64,000 bases of DNA from Ramazzottius varieornatus (Eukaryota > Animalia > Tardigrada), in the NCBI GenBank assembly GCA_001949185.1, contig BDGG01000005.1, positions 2,221,249 to 2,285,248 on the forward strand. Direction: 5' to 3'. The stretch's first letter is position 1; every line of letters begins with the position of its first letter. The notes under the pieces were generated by a model. The model did not search any database. It was not told the origin of the DNA and was given only the letters and a program-made list of their open reading frames with translations. The position numbers and the translations under genes were made by a program. This document shows positions 1 through 13,859 of this stretch, piece after piece.

Positions 1-786
1 ACCAATATCCACTAGTTGCAATATCACCAAAACAAACTGCACAGATGCGCAATTCCGCAAATACATCTTCCCAGTAGACGATCACAAAAGAGTTGAAAAC
101 AGCGCATTGCATATGGAAAAATTACACTCATGAAAATAGTCCTTTTCGGGTGAGACTACTTGTAGGTCTCGGCGACGCCTTGAAAATAATTGTGAGCCCT
201 GCAGAAAACGCACCTGGAAATACTCCCAAATTCAAAAGAAGCGATCAAGCATGGTGAGAGTAGCGGCGTGGCGTTGTAGGTCTTTGAAAGATGCAACAAT
301 TTGTAGCGCATTTCGCTAATTTGCCGGTTGAACTAAAATGAAGAAGTTAACAACTTCAGTCATGTACTCGTACTGATTCCACGAACTTGCCGATGAAGCC
401 GCCGGTAACTCTGTAAGTCTCGTACCATTTCCAATCGGGATACTGGCGTCATATAACCGTTCCCTTTTCCACGTTCGTCTACCAAGGAAGGTTTTTTCAA
501 TTTTTCCATCAGGTTTTTCCAGTTGCGCGCCAGACTCGCATACGATTCCAGTTCCTATTTAGAGCCAACGAAGAGTGATAACAACCGGCTTTATGCATTC
601 TTCTAGGTACCGGGGACGCATTTTTCGAATTCAGTGGAAGGAGTGACACACTTACATATCCCGAAACCAGAACAGACTCGAATATAACAGAAAACGTCGA
701 GGACAAGCTAATTGACAAGTTTGACTCATCTGATCGAAGTGCCCAGCTATAAACAGCCGCACCCAAATCAGCCTACACTACATAAA

Positions 787-1983
787 TCAAACTTTGTAAC
801 TAAAATTCTTCTCGTCTTCCATAGCAGGTGACACCGCCTTCTCGTCAAACTGCGCGAAGAAAGTCTGCAGGGACTCGAAGGCCAAGTTTCTTTCGGCAAC
901 AGTGGGATGGTCGGGCTCGGCGGATAGAACTTCGTGTCTTACGACTAGAAGACGTCTCAACTTCTTCTCTATCTCGCTGATGAGGTATTGCTGTTGCTCT
1001 TCCATGAAACTGTACAGCTCCGGAACTTTCTTCATAACCTCGATACCCGGCGCTATCCAGAGTACACTGTAGTCTCTCACCTTAGGCCTACAAGAGAAAA
1101 CCACCTTCGATATTATAATACTGTGAGAAACTGGAAGTCAGACAAATAAGCTCCACAAGATTGTTTCTCAAGTGGCGCATCCTTCCAGCCAACACACTGA
1201 AAATGTACGCCACTTGCAAAAGCAATCTTGTCCAATTTGTTGTCTCTTACTTGAGAAAAAGTAAATTCCATCTCAGATGGATCACAATGTATGTAATGTT
1301 TAAAAGTGTATAATGACATGTTTTATGGCTGTTAGACGTGCAACAGTGCAAGGGCTTTACTTCGTGGATGCCGGGCCGTGATAGGACTGACTGATTGCGA
1401 TACGTTTGAAAAACCTCTTGGTTCGGCCAGGTTCTCGGGCCAGGATTTCGAAGGAGCACTTGATGATCTTTTGACCTGGATCCTGCTCGTCGATCAGCAA
1501 GCAAACGAAAGCTTCAGAGTCCTTCAAATGCCGGTGATCTCTCATGTACGGCAGCACAAGCCAGTGGAACTTCTTGATGTCCGGCTGGTCGTCGTGTGAG
1601 TAAATCGGTAGCCTTATAGTCTCGCCATCGAGGAGGAAACGCCCAGTGTAGACCAACAAGTTCTGCTCCTGCGCCACCATAGTATCAACCTCTCAAAAGA
1701 AAGACAGATTAGCTAAAGCAACGACTTGAGAAGGCGGATAGTCTTCATTACTTATGCCTCGATAGCGTGGAGGAAGAACGTTGAGCCATGCAGTAAGTTC
1801 CATGATTTTGCAGCACTTTATCCCGGCTTTTAATCGTTTTGCAGGCATGATGATATTGCTGTCGGGGTAACGCAGTCGAATATTGTCGATAAGGTTGTTC
1901 CGAACCAGTGTCATCATGGGTATGTCAGGCAGGGTTCTTCTGTGGATCAGGGACTGCGCAACGCCTACGCGAAGCGGCTCCAT
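787..1983 (-). CDS. Hypothetical spliced protein (about 3 exons), no family recognised
   Basis: Three consecutive minus-strand coding-like segments (~1983-1750, ~1690-1360, ~1090-787) separated by intron-like gaps; CCAAT boxes upstream at ~2141-2163. Confidence 0.45.
1141..1244. repeat. Foldback palindrome family, copy 1 (intron of hypothetical gene)
   Basis: acaagattg..caagtggcg..ccag-loop-ctga..cgccacttg..caatcttgt. Confidence 0.85.
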
Positions 1984-2327
1984 AATCAGCAAGGGTACGA
2001 ACGGTTTTGACGGTCAGTGAATCCGAAACTTGACAAGCATACAGGGAAGAAAGATCTGTGGACACTTAGTTTACTTGACAAGATGGGGCGCTCTGATATT
2101 GAAAGCAGTGAATGATTCGAGATAACTTCCCATAGAAAAGACCAATCAAATCAGTTGATTGGGCGATAAGACTTATTGGTAAGTGCCTTACCGCCAAGAC
2201 TATTTGTGCAGTTTGTTGCCTAGGCTTGTCTGAATAATCAGTTCATCTGTATTTTGTACAACATGGAGTTTATACAGTTTGAAAAATATCGGTACTAAAG
2301 GAGACTGGAGACACCGAACTGACCATG

Positions 2328-5300
2328 CTACTTGGTAATGGTTCGCGTCGATGGTAAAGACTGAGGGTTCCCTGATATCTTTGGCGTGGTTCCCATCTCG
2401 ATTTCGGCGGTTTTCGCTCGATCCTTCACTTCGTCGTCGCCGTCGTCGTCTTCGTCTTCGAATCTAAGGTTCTTTACTTTAAAGAATACCTGCAAAAGAA
2501 ATCGAAAGCCTCGGTCCGAATTTTCAGTTATCAATTGGATGTGCCTTAGAATCTCGCTTACGTAAATCTCGAGGAGTAGGACAAGTAGCTTGCAAACGCC
2601 CACGGCAAAGTGCATACGGAATCTGAACTGGTCCGTGTCGTACAGTAAACACGAGCCCTTTTCTCCACATGCTCGTTCTTTCCACAGAATGCATGTCGAG
2701 TCTATGATCGCACCTGTAAACACGAACACTGTAGGGACCATGTAACGGTACCTGCGCGATAACTTACCCATCAATATTGGCGCAGGGAAATATCCTGAAA
2801 AATGCGCAACTGAATTCCTAGTCTTCCATACGAACTTACAGACAGACTCTATAGTATCGACCGAATGCGTACCGAAAGCTGACATTAGTAAAGCTGAGAC
2901 CGCGTTAGCCATGGACTTCAGTTCGGGCTCGACGAGCCGGAATGTCAGCATGATGGTACCCGACAAGGGAAAAGCACCTATTGCCTTCAGTATGAACATC
3001 ACTGTAAAAAACAAAAAAAACCACCAACTTCACTACACCTTAGAGTCCTTTTGAAGATTTTTGATGATGGTCAGGCTTACCTGTCATGTATACGTAAAAG
3101 TTGGTGCATAAGGTCCGACAAAACCCGGCAGTGACGCCGGAGTATTCCGCGTCTGCCAAGTTTTCTTTCAGTAGTTCCGTGCCGTTATCCGTTGACAGAC
3201 ATTTGCAGTCCATATACTGCCTGGTCTAATTTGACAGAACATTGGCTAATGGATATATTGTTCGAAATTATATGCCATGAAAAGTCCCTTCTCACCCCGT
3301 TGAGTATCGAGGACCTCGCGCAGCCAGCGTGGCATGGAGAGAAGTAACTGACGGACGACGACGTATCGCACACCGGGGCGAAGTCTTTCCGGTTGCAGGC
3401 ACAGGATGCTCCACACGATGCATTGGAATGTCTAAGAAGAAACATCACTACGAAAACTGAAAGAATCGATGCGCGAACGAGAGTCGGCAAAGACGAATCA
3501 CCCTTTTTCGCGCACCTATATACATCGTTCAGCTGATACAGAATGAAAACGGCGTATGTAGGTACGTGAAAGTCGGGCTCTCGCCTCTTTTTCCGACTCG
3601 TTCTTCGTAGAAACTTACGATCTGGTGTCCCAGTTTCCCTCCAGTTGCACTTGTTTGCAGTCGAGGGACAGTGCGATAAAGTGAGCTGTGGAGAAGGCGA
3701 TGGCCGATCCGATGAGCATGAGGGAAATGTGCTTGGGTTGCAAGCGAAACTTCTTGATAACCACACTTCCGGCGATGATACCAACCGACAGGGCGGCGAC
3801 ACCGGACAAACCTAACAAAGGAAAGCCGAGAAACCCGTAAAACAGGAAACAAGCAAGTTTCTGAACAAGTCTGCAGCCGGCTGAAGAAAGCATGATGAAA
3901 TGATTGATGTCTTACCGCTAGCCATACTGGCGGTTCGCGGACTGAGAAAGTACTGAGCGGCCAGGAACTTTGGCAGGAAGTTGAAGTATCCAGAGACGAC
4001 GAGGGCGGTGAACACTTTACAGAATATACGAGCCATCAGAGGTGCGTTCGTCAAGATCTTCTTCAGGTTCCTCGGTAAGTCTATTAACAATAAGACGATT
4101 TGTAAATGGACCAGCTTGAAAAAAATTATGTATCAATTCGAGGATAGGGATGCGCCGTGATACCTCGTATTGTTACGGGCTCGTCGGTTATCTTAGCTTT
4201 GTTCGAATCCTTTTGGACTTCGAACTGCTTGCTGGTTGACTCGGGTACGCTCGAGGGAAAGCACATCATTGTCAGTGTGGAGATGCACATACCGAGGCCA
4301 GTCACAATGAAGCCAAGGTACCACGCCGACACCCTGTCGAGAAACCCGTATGTTAACACCCGGAAGTTAGATTGCATTGGACTAACGAGACGTACCATCG
4401 TGGATCCGAAGCAGAAAAGTCCGGTTCTGCACGGAAAGAAACAGAATAACTGTAGTTAAACACAATAACTGTAGACACCTGACTGTAGTTACCATAGCCC
4501 AGCCTCGTGAAAAGAACTAAAATACTCGGTACTCACGGCTAAAGTCCACGTAAATCGAGTTACAAAGTGCTCCCAAAGCGAACCCTGAAATGAAAGTCCC
4601 CTGTTGAACACGAAAACCTCCACAGATCCCGATGGTATGACACAATTCCCAGAGGTCTTACCCAATAACGGTCCTATTAGGCGGCCAGAGAAGGAAAGTC
4701 CTGCAGAAGAAAGACCAGACTTAGTAGCGGTGGGCTCAAGCATTAATGTATCAAACTTCCACACACCCGCGTACACTTCACCCGATATGTACAGTTGTCA
4801 TGTGTATGCATGTGCGTGAAAAATGCTTTTCCTTACGTGACTTCTCGCAAAAATCATCGAACGTCACTGGTCTTACCAAAGTACAGCGCCGAGTTTTTAT
4901 TTCGGACGTTGTCATCGATGAAGGGAAGTCCAAGGACCCACGGGGTAGTAGCTCCGATGCCTAACAGGAACTGTGCAACACAGAATATCAAAGGCGGGAT
5001 CCAGGAGTCCGCCGAGTACTCATTCTGACACAAAACGGGTCCTCCGTTTTCGTTCATCAGTACGTGACTTGTGTTGGAGACGTTGTGGACGGTGAAGTAA
5101 TCGGTAGATGAGGACGGTGAGGGAATACAAAACTGTTCGCGGACTTTAGTTTTCCCATCTCGTGTCCTTGAAACAGAGTGTCCGTCGTTTCGAGGTGTTA
5201 CAAGTTCCGGTAATGCAAACAACATTAGGGCCACGCCCAGCATGAAGGACCCCTACAACAAGACCATCAAATAAATTATACATGCCTTACGCGGAAATTG

Positions 5301-6005
5301 AATCTAATTTGCATTGGGCGTAACCCTGACATGCGCGCAACAGGTGATGTAAACCGCTTACCAATGCGATCCATCTTGGCCTATGTCCTCTGGAACAGTA
5401 ACATGGCTTCATTGATTCTCGAAGATCAAAACGAACAGCTCAGAATCGAAGACCATTTCGTCCGTCAACCTTACCGTCCTCCGAAGTGTCCAACTATCAG
5501 AGCGACAAGAACATGCCCGACATCGTTTACTGCCAATATGACTCCCATCATTTTCGATGAAAGGTTGAAGCGCTTCTCGATGGATGGGATGACTGATGAA
5601 AAGTAGCTGTTGCTCATTCCTGCAAAAGTAAAAACGCATTGCAGTGGAAATCTCCTTACGACACTGTGCTAGGTAGAAAAGAATGCTGATCTTCAACTAC
5701 AGGACATAAGCAAACAAATTCGACACGATCATTTTCCCAAGAGGCGCGCGCTTTCGGCCACTGTCACCGAGGATGTGCGCCACTTGATAAAACAATCCAG
5801 CCGAGTGTGCCAAGCTCCCATGGAAGGCGCACAACAGTTACTCACCATGAAATATTCCTAGGAATGTGAAACAAACCATAAAGACTTTCATATTTAGGCA
5901 TGGTTGCAAGCACGAGGGATGAAAGCACAACACGCCGCAACGGTGGCGTTTTTCTGCTTCCGGGTCTGGAGATACAAAATCGACATGCTTTCTGGGTCCC
6001 GCCAT
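2328..6005 (-). CDS. Organic anion transporting polypeptide (OATP/SLCO family, MFS with Kazal-like loop), multi-exon
   Basis: N-terminal CGVLCFHPSCLQ; AQFLLGIG..LGLPFIDDNV; AWYLGF; Kazal-like CGASCAC..FAPVC..YFSPCHAGC; signature IDSTCILW..CGEKGSCLLYD. Confidence 0.93.
5700..5820. repeat. Foldback palindrome family, copy 2 (OATP intron)
   Basis: ttttcccaagaggcgc..gtgcgccacttg..agctccca. Confidence 0.8.
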
Positions 6006-6592
6006 TTTACAGCTAAACAGTCGAGCACTTCCGAGGAGAACAAAAATCGCCAAATACTACGATACTATAGCCATGAACAGCTATTCGTCCGAGCACCCAC
6101 TGTGGTCAGAGAACGAGCCTAAGCTAGCCGCAGTAAGTCGGCGGACTTGCAGCGCGACGCTGCGGCCTTGCTGTGATATTGACGGACATGATGGCATGTA
6201 TACACGAGTATCTCCGCTGAAAGCATGGAGTTTGAACAGCGACAAGACCGATCGCATTGACTTAACCCATAACCATGAAGTTTAAACGAGATCACTCGAT
6301 AATGCTTTGATTTCTACTAATGACTTTCTTGTCGTCAGTCCGACTGACATAAGAGCCTTCGGCACGCGAGACAGACGCTGTATAGCTACGACAAACCAAT
6401 GGTCATCTTAGACAAACACGCCTCAGGTACAACGCTGACTAATCTTGAGCAACAGCAGATCGACTGCAAGCTAATGTAATGTACTCGAAAGCGGAGACAC
6501 GTCATACTGTACAAGTATACGTCCACGTGTTTGAAGAACTGTGTGTCGAGCTTAGAAAGCTGTGGAAGGTTTTCCTCGAGATCCTACATCCC

Positions 6593-8114
6593 TCAAAGAC
6601 TTTCGAGAGCAGCGTATGTTTCCTCGGGCTTTGTTCTGCGTAAACAATCCACAAACATCAGCCGACTGTCTTTGTTAAGTACTGCGCAGCGCAGAGGACG
6701 CAGGTTTCCGAGTACGACCACGACTTCCCCGAAGAACCCGCGCACCTGTGGGCGAGGTTTAAACTTTAGAGCAGCGTTTACGTTTACAGTTAAAACCCAA
6801 ACCAAATCGGGAAGCAACCGCCAAATTATCGTGGGCACTGGATAAATGGGCATGAAAACAACTAGAAATAAAAAAATTGCGAAAAAGTACCTCTTACTTT
6901 TAGGCCGGAGGTTGGGGCCTTCGTTTAACGTTATTCTTCATCAGGGACTTATGTACTCTATTCCATTTAGCTTTATTGACCGGAATGACCTTCACACACA
7001 ACGGCTTCTTCTCGTCCTTTTCACCCACCAACAGGATATCCGTCGGTCGGAAACGCACTTGGTCATTGAGCATCTGTATCACAATCTTCGCTAGGTTCCT
7101 CGAATCGTCGATCCCGCTGTGATGTCGCCCTTCCAGTTCCATTTCGAAATGCGCCAACATCTCCCTCATGTTCGCTCTGTGTTTCGCTGGGTCACTCGAT
7201 AGGTAGACCCACTGGAACAGCTTGGGCAGATGCACGAACATTCGGGCGTAAGGCGGCAGTGGAAGCTTGCAGATCTTGCACTGCAGAGCCAGGAAGAGCG
7301 CCAAATCAAAACTCCTGCGAAAACACAAGTATGCAGAACTTACTGAAATTCCGTTTGATATTCCGGAATCTATAACTTACCCGTCAGTCACTATGCACCA
7401 GTTCGGGTTCGTGAGAAGGCCGAAACCGTCGAGAAACTCGTCGAAGCGAACCAACACTTCCGCGAAGGTTTCAGCAGCGTCCACCATCTCTTGTGTGATT
7501 CCCGTCAGCTTTGTGCAGAAAGGACTAATGCGAGCCTTTATTGGTCGGCAGTAGGAATGGAACTCTCCAACCTACAACCAAATGTACAAACTTCACGCTT
7601 AATGAATTTAGCAACTTGAACCGAGTCAGAATTCTGACCGTAAGTTGAATAGTGATGCTTGCTTACGCACGATAGTCTTCATCCTGGCATCAACTAGGAC
7701 GGCTGGGAACTCTATGATTTCTTGTTCGTACGATCCAGGTCCTTGTTCCGCTTCGCATGTCGCTTCGAAGTCGACAACGAGAAGGTACTGAAGTTGAGTA
7801 GTTGATGTTTTTGTGGCGCGCTTGGCGTGAAGGAATAACCGAGACCGAAGAACGAAGTCACTACCCCTAAGTAAAAAACTACATCAGTCATCAGGTAAGT
7901 TGTAACGCAAGGATTCTAGTTCAGTACAATCGTATCTTCAAGAATCAAGATACCATAAGGTGAAAAGTGTTTACCTTTGTTCAAGTCCTTTCTCGCCGAG
8001 CTGCTTTCGTACTTCATCCATAGAGTCCATGGGCTCCGTCCGCTCTGAAATGCCACTCTCGACGCCGTCCTGCTCCTTGGTAGTCTCCTCTTGCTGCACT
8101 GCTGCTTCCATCAT
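6593..8114 (-). CDS. ERI1: ERI1-family DEDDh 3'-5' exoribonuclease with N-terminal SAP-like helix, multi-exon
   Basis: YLLVVDFEATC..EIIEFPAVLVD; FCTKLTGITQEMVD; LEGRHHSGIDDSRNLAKI; exon 1 EVRKQLGEKGLEQR resembles SAP. ERI1 versus ERI2/3 rests only on the SAP-like segment. Confidence 0.82.
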
Positions 8115-9106
8115 CGTGCGTCGAATCGAAACGAGTCCGATGGCCAATTAGACATTCCTAAACGGAAGACACGGAAGGAAAACAAACTTTTTGAGGAAAA
8201 ATGAGCAATGGGCAGAGTAGATCAGTAAGGCGTAGCTAAATTGAGAAGTATGGAGCGACAACGATATAAAAATTGTCTTTAATCGACCAATCAAGATTGT
8301 GAAACTAAGAAATGTCTGTGTCTTCATTGGTTGTCCAGGGATATTCTTTTATTTCATGCCCCGCTCCATATAATGTCATCTGGCCGCGCCTTACTGATCT
8401 ACTCTGCCCACTGCTCAGATTAAGCGACTTCAGAAAAACTTTCAAGTTTCAACCTTGAAGTTTCGTCCATGATGTCATCGACTTCTCTTTGAGGGCTTGA
8501 GGCTTCAGGGTTGAAGCAAATTCGAGTCGATTGGACAGTTCACTTGATTAAGTTAGCGATAAAGATTACTCCATCCTTTTACGTAATCAAGCAAGCAATG
8601 CTGAGAACGCTGTGTACCGTGATGTCTATGAACATTACGTCACTAGAAAAAGAACATCAATTTCCGGTCGTTCTTTTCTGGACGCAAATTCTGAATGGGA
8701 GACTGCGGCTTCCGCGTATTATCCTTGCGTGTGTGCCTCTTCCGAACAGTAGTACGGGGTTTTAGTTGCAGGATCTCCGTCGACAGACTTGATCTAGGGC
8801 AGAAGGAAGGAGTGCCGAAGCATCGACTCTCGTCGTCGTCAGACGGCGCGCTGATCTACTAACAGTATCTACTGACCTTTCTCTGGCGCCTGGCGGATAA
8901 TCGTCATTGAATTTGCATTCTCGGATGAGGACTGAGAACGTGCTCTTTTGGCCGAGCTAGGGGTATTAACAGAGAAGGATCAAGGTAAGGTGCATACGGA
9001 TTGCAGTTGAAATGAGCTGCACGAAGAGCCCGTATATATACGACAGTGTAAATGTGCGATATCCTTTTTCACGTAGGTAGTGTGGTGGAAGCTTGTTGTA
9101 CACGTT

Positions 9107-11052
9107 ATGGACCAGCAGGAGGTTCCAGCAGGCACCACTGCCCAAGATGCTCGTGCAAACGGAGATCACCTAACGATAACCGAGTTCATACTCGAAGAGA
9201 CAACTGCAGAGCCGGACTATGCAGTAATTAAGACTGTCCCTGTCGACTCCACCGAACTTCCCCTCACTCCCCAGAAGCATGCAGAAACGGACCCAACGAC
9301 GGTCGCAACAGAAGAGGGAAATCCTGATATATACCAACCAGCTGCTGATGAGGGAGTAGACGACGAAGCGACCATGGAAGAAGAGGAGAGAAACGGTGAG
9401 GCTGATGACGAGGAGATCGATGAACTGGAACGGCTTGGCGAAATTCCTCTTGAAGACCTTCTGCGCATGTACGGCGCTGCTCCGTCTGCTACGGCAGAAG
9501 AACCTCAGCCTTCGACTTCGAGCCTTTCTGTCCCAGAAGTGTCCGAAGAAGTGATCGTCCCTCTTCCAGTGAAGCAAACAGTCGAAGAAGTCTTCCCCTC
9601 CACCTCAAAACTTCCGGTACTCCAGAACCTGCCTGAAATGTTATAACTACCAGTAGAGAAAATCTTTAGCATGTTGAAGTGATGTTCTACTCTGCGTATT
9701 CGTTCGCATTATGTTACAATATGTTAGGTGGAACCACCGGAAGTGCTTTACGGACAGGACGACGAAGACTGGACAACGTCAAGTGAGGAAGGGGATGAAG
9801 CTCATGGAACTGAGGAGTACGATCAGAAGAGGAAAAGAGAGCGAGAAGAGTTGACGCAGTTTTTAGCTAGATTGTCCGGAGAAGGCAGTCGTGGAGGAGA
9901 CGACTCGGACGAATCTTCCGCTGACGACGACTTCATTCCTGTCTCGATCATGCAGCACCTCAAGAGGGAAGTACCCATCGGACCGGCTTATCAGGTCGAA
10001 ACACCAGAACCCAACCAGCATTCTGCGGAGAACGTTGCCGATTTTACGGATGAAATCCTCCAGTGGAAACCACAGCTCCCGGAGGAAGATGTCATTGGTA
10101 AAAATAAAGGAATAATCAAGCAAAAAATTTAGAAAGAAAAGTCAGATCAGAACTTTGCTCAGCGAAAAACCTGGGAAGTCTGCCAAGAATAATCAGATAG
10201 AATCGGCAGATTAGCTCGACCAGAACGTACTTCTCAAATGGCGCACGCTCCTTGCAGTACCATCGTAAAGGTGCGCCACGTGAGAAAACGATGTGGTAAA
10301 GTTGGTTGGTCGAGAAACTGAGAATTATGAATTCAGTTTCATCGTTTTTTCTTCCAGCGTACCTGAAAGCTGCCTACATACAAGAAAGAGAGCTTCTCAA
10401 GAAAGAAATTCCACCAGATCAACTAGAACAGACCGATGTGGCGGACGACGAAGAATTCCTGAAAGAGCTTCTCGATTGCAGCTACGACAAAGATGAAGCC
10501 TTGCGACGTTGCCGACGCAACTTCCGCCCAGGTCGTTACGAGAGTTCTCGCTGGTCCGAGAAAGAATGCCAAGACTTTGAAGAGGCCATGGGAGCCAACA
10601 GCGGATCCAACTGGAAGCGCTTCACCAACGTGGCAGCTGTCGTGCCCACACGCACACTCAAAGAAGTGATCGAGTTCTACTATCGCTGGAAGAAATCCAG
10701 TCGCTTCGAGATCTTTCTAGCTAAACTCAGGTTTCACGATAGCAAGGACCACAAGGTGAACCATTCCTTGGAAGAGAAAGTCAAGATGAGGCTGGGTAGG
10801 AAGCGTCCCTTCGACGCCATGGACTCCACCGCGGAAGATCAGCTTGCGGTGTCGGAAGTCGAGAAGGTAACAGTTGAACCCAGGCAGAAATCAGCCCGCA
10901 TCATGTCACAAATGAACCCTAGTACCAGCTCTTCCCAGAATAGCTTTCCATCCACTTCCAGTTTTGTCGAGTTCGAAGTCGTTGAAGTGCAGGCGACGAC
11001 CGGAAGTGCTAATGAAGATCTGAACGTCCCCACCGGAAGTACCGCCGGATGA
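9107..11052 (+). CDS. MIER1: MIER family ELM2-SANT corepressor, about 3 coding exons
   Basis: EIDELERLGEIPLEDLLRMYG motif; ELM2 KREVPIGPAYQ..LQWKP; SANT RWSEKECQDFEEAM..PTRTLKEVIEFYYRWKKS. Confidence 0.88.
10213..10303. repeat. Foldback palindrome family, copy 3 (MIER intron)
   Basis: ttctcaaatggcgcac..gtgcgccacgtgagaa. Confidence 0.8.
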
Positions 11053-11526
11053 AATCGGTTCAAACGGTGAACAGTTTTCGATGGTTCTCCTCCTCAGTTT
11101 CTAAAGTAATTTATTTTTTCTCGAATTCGAACAAGTATATGTTGCTTCATTTTTTCGTTTATTCATCAGTACATAACTGTTGACTCTTTTACTGAGGATA
11201 TGCCCAGTATGTGGAATGGGGTGCCTTTTGTTACTTTGTGAAGCTTTGCTTTTTTATCGAGATAGTTTACGATCTCGAAGTTCTTCTACTGCGACATTTC
11301 TTGTTACTGTATGACGACTACGAGCTTCAGCTATGTATGTATTTTTGTTGGACATTTTTCAGTAGTACAAAATGGTGGCTTGAACGGAATACTTCATCAG
11401 GTAATAAAGATACTCTATTGATGATAATAAAAAGACGCGGATTGACGAAAATAGGGTTAAAAACTTTTACAGAAACAAATTTGCAGGACGAAAGATCTTA
11501 TTGAATAAGTTAGCAGGAAGAACGCT

Positions 11527-12177
11527 TCATAAACGAACAGAGGATGATAAAGCTTCTTTGTCAGGCAAGTGAGCGGGAGAGGAAGGTGAAGTCAAAGCAA
11601 TCTTTAGAACACTTCTTAAGGCCACATTTTGGTTCTGTAAATTCCGTAGGACGTTCGTGCGATGTTCCGCAGCTTTATCGTCCTTCGACATGGCTTGCTG
11701 GGCCACATACAGCATGGTGGTTAGTTTGTCTTCGTGGACTTTCAGCTTGACTTCGTAGTGTTGGTCCAACAGGTACGAACAGGCCGTGTCTTGGTTGCGT
11801 AAATCACAGAGGCGCTTGGAATGCTGACGATACTTGTGGACGATATACTGGACGGCGTCGCCATTTTCTTGGACCGTCTCCAGCAACTCGTCGTTCTCTT
11901 GCCGTAATGCACGCAGGACGATGCGTTCTTGGTGGAGATCTTGGACGACGCTGTCGCGAGTCACACCGAGGAAAGGCACGGAGCTGTGGCGTTTAAGAGT
12001 GTGGTTCAGCTCGGAGACGGCGTTGAGGTGCTCTTGCAGCTTGCAACCACGGGTGAGGAGGTCTGAAGCAGCGTCGTTGTGGGATTTGAGCTTGGAAGAG
12101 AGCAAACGGGCTTTAGCCAGGAATTCTTGGGGCTCCCATAGCTGGTTCGGAGCTGGAGGCTTTGGAGCTGCCGACAT
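11527..12177 (-). CDS. FGFR1OP2: FGFR1OP2/SIKE family coiled-coil protein (STRIPAK component)
   Basis: AKARLLSSKLKSHNDAASDLL..QERIVLRALRQENDELLETVQE..VQYIVHKYRQH..LQNQNVALRSVLKI; an upstream exon is possible (acceptor at ~12184). Confidence 0.8.
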   Translation of the reverse strand: MSAAPKPPAPNQLWEPQEFLAKARLLSSKLKSHNDAASDLLTRGCKLQEHLNAVSELNHTLKRHSSVPFLGVTRDSVVQDLHQERIVLRALRQENDELLETVQENGDAVQYIVHKYRQHSKRLCDLRNQDTACSYLLDQHYEVKLKVHEDKLTTMLYVAQQAMSKDDKAAEHRTNVLRNLQNQNVALRSVLKIALTSPSSPAHLPDKEALSSSVRL

Positions 12178-12486
12178 CTCCACCTAAAAGCAAACAGAAA
12201 GCACAAAGTAGAGGTTTCGAGACACTTGTGGCAAGGACGTGTCCATCCGGAAATACGAGACGGGTTTGTTGTGGGTCAGGTGTGAATTGTGAAAACAGCT
12301 GCTGTGTCGCATCGTTCATCCGTCTCCTTAACGGTCAAGGTAGTTCTCACACGGCGCAGGACTATGCGACTTGCGCAATAAGGGTGTCTCCAGACTTCCA
12401 GTCAGACCAACTTAGAATCAGAAGGAAGATTCAGAAAGTTTATCCCATTCCTGTCAGTGCTGTCACATCCGGGGACTCGGGAGTAT

Positions 12487-13200
12487 CTTGCGAGAGCTCC
12501 GCCCAAAAGGCTGGCCTTCCAACGGAGCTTTAGCATGAATCATAGACCACTTGAGTCAAGCTGTTCAGGCATTCTAAAGCCCTCAAATTGGCACAAACTA
12601 TGGCAGGCTAGAGTCCATGGCGGAAGATCAAAGGAAAAATTCTGGGCAGTAAAAGGGGTCTCTACCCATCAATCTTCTGTTGTACGTACGCGATTGGACC
12701 ACATATAAGCTATAGCACATACGCCACGTGAGCATCGCCAGCGACTGCCAGCACCTGGTACGGCGGTCGGCTAACACTGGTGTTTTCCCAGCGGCCGACC
12801 CACCAAAATCAATGGTCAATCGAGCAACACCAATGGCTAGCCACCAGTGTTCACTCTAACAAGACCAATGGTCAACTTTTGGTAGTCAATCTAGTGACAG
12901 CAGCAAGACCCATGGGTGGCGGGTGTACGTATACCCTGTTGATCGTGCAGTGCCTTCAAGTGGTACTAACAAGGTTATCAATTCCGTATTAATCAATACG
13001 CTAACATCTTCGAATGATTGGTAGAGAACTGATTGATTACATGCGAAATCACGATGCGCGACTCACCAAAAACTTGGGAAAATTCGTCAAAAAAATTAGA
13101 AAAATCGAAAAAAATCGGGAAATCATCCTGAGTAAAGGATCGTGCTGTCTGGAGCTTGAGCTTCCTCTGATGAGTTTGCGATTCAGAGTTCCCTTGAGTA
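12487..13200. repeat. Dispersed repeat (probable non-autonomous DNA element), copy 1
   Basis: Extensive identity to 36547-37027 (ttgcgagagctccgcccaaaaggctgg...tgcgattcagagt(t)cccttgRgta). Confidence 0.85.
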
Positions 13201-13859
13201 TACTTGGCTTTAACTTTCGGTTCGGTTCTGGGTCAACTATTTAGCCCCGAAGGGTAGTATCACAGTAAGGGCAGGACTGCCGGAGGCAGGACGCCGCGGC
13301 CGGGCCCGCAGGCTCAGAGCCCGCAGTACTACGGAGCACGGATCCGCTGGTAGTCGGAAAAATTTGCTCAGTCGAATGGCTCTTCTCACCCTAGACCCTT
13401 CGGGAACATTGCTACCTTCAACTACAGAAATATTTGCGATCGAAAGACGCCTTCTGTATGTTTTAGAGAAACTGAAAACGATAAACCAACAGGTAGAGAC
13501 GGCTTAAAAACTGTTCAGCCCTTGAGACGAAGAGGACGAACCCCGGCGAAGGAAAGAACGGTAAGGTCAGAGGGAACGTCAGCTGGCCGCTGACGAGTTT
13601 TCTTTCTTTTGTTCTAGTCTAGTGGACGCTTGGTCGGGTGTCAAGTCGAACCTTCCCAGAATCTGTACCTGTCCATCTGTAACCGTCGCTTTTCATTAAC
13701 AGTCGTGGTCTCCTGCGTCGGAGGATCAGACTCACTTATCGGCCGGCGACCACCGGATCGGTGAGCTCCTGTTGATCTCATCAATCCGCTGTTTTATTCT
13801 TACGGTAACGACATTGTCTTTTTCTGGAGGTGCTGAGTACAACGCGGTAACTGCGAGCT

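Noticed and set aside
1-509. Possible minus-strand gene start at 509 running off the window edge
   Set aside because: I could not build a consistent spliced frame or recognise a domain
4439-4490. Short tandem duplication (AATAACTGTAG) in an OATP intron giving extra CTACAG acceptor-like words
   Set aside because: They are too close to the donor to be usable; likely a local slippage duplication
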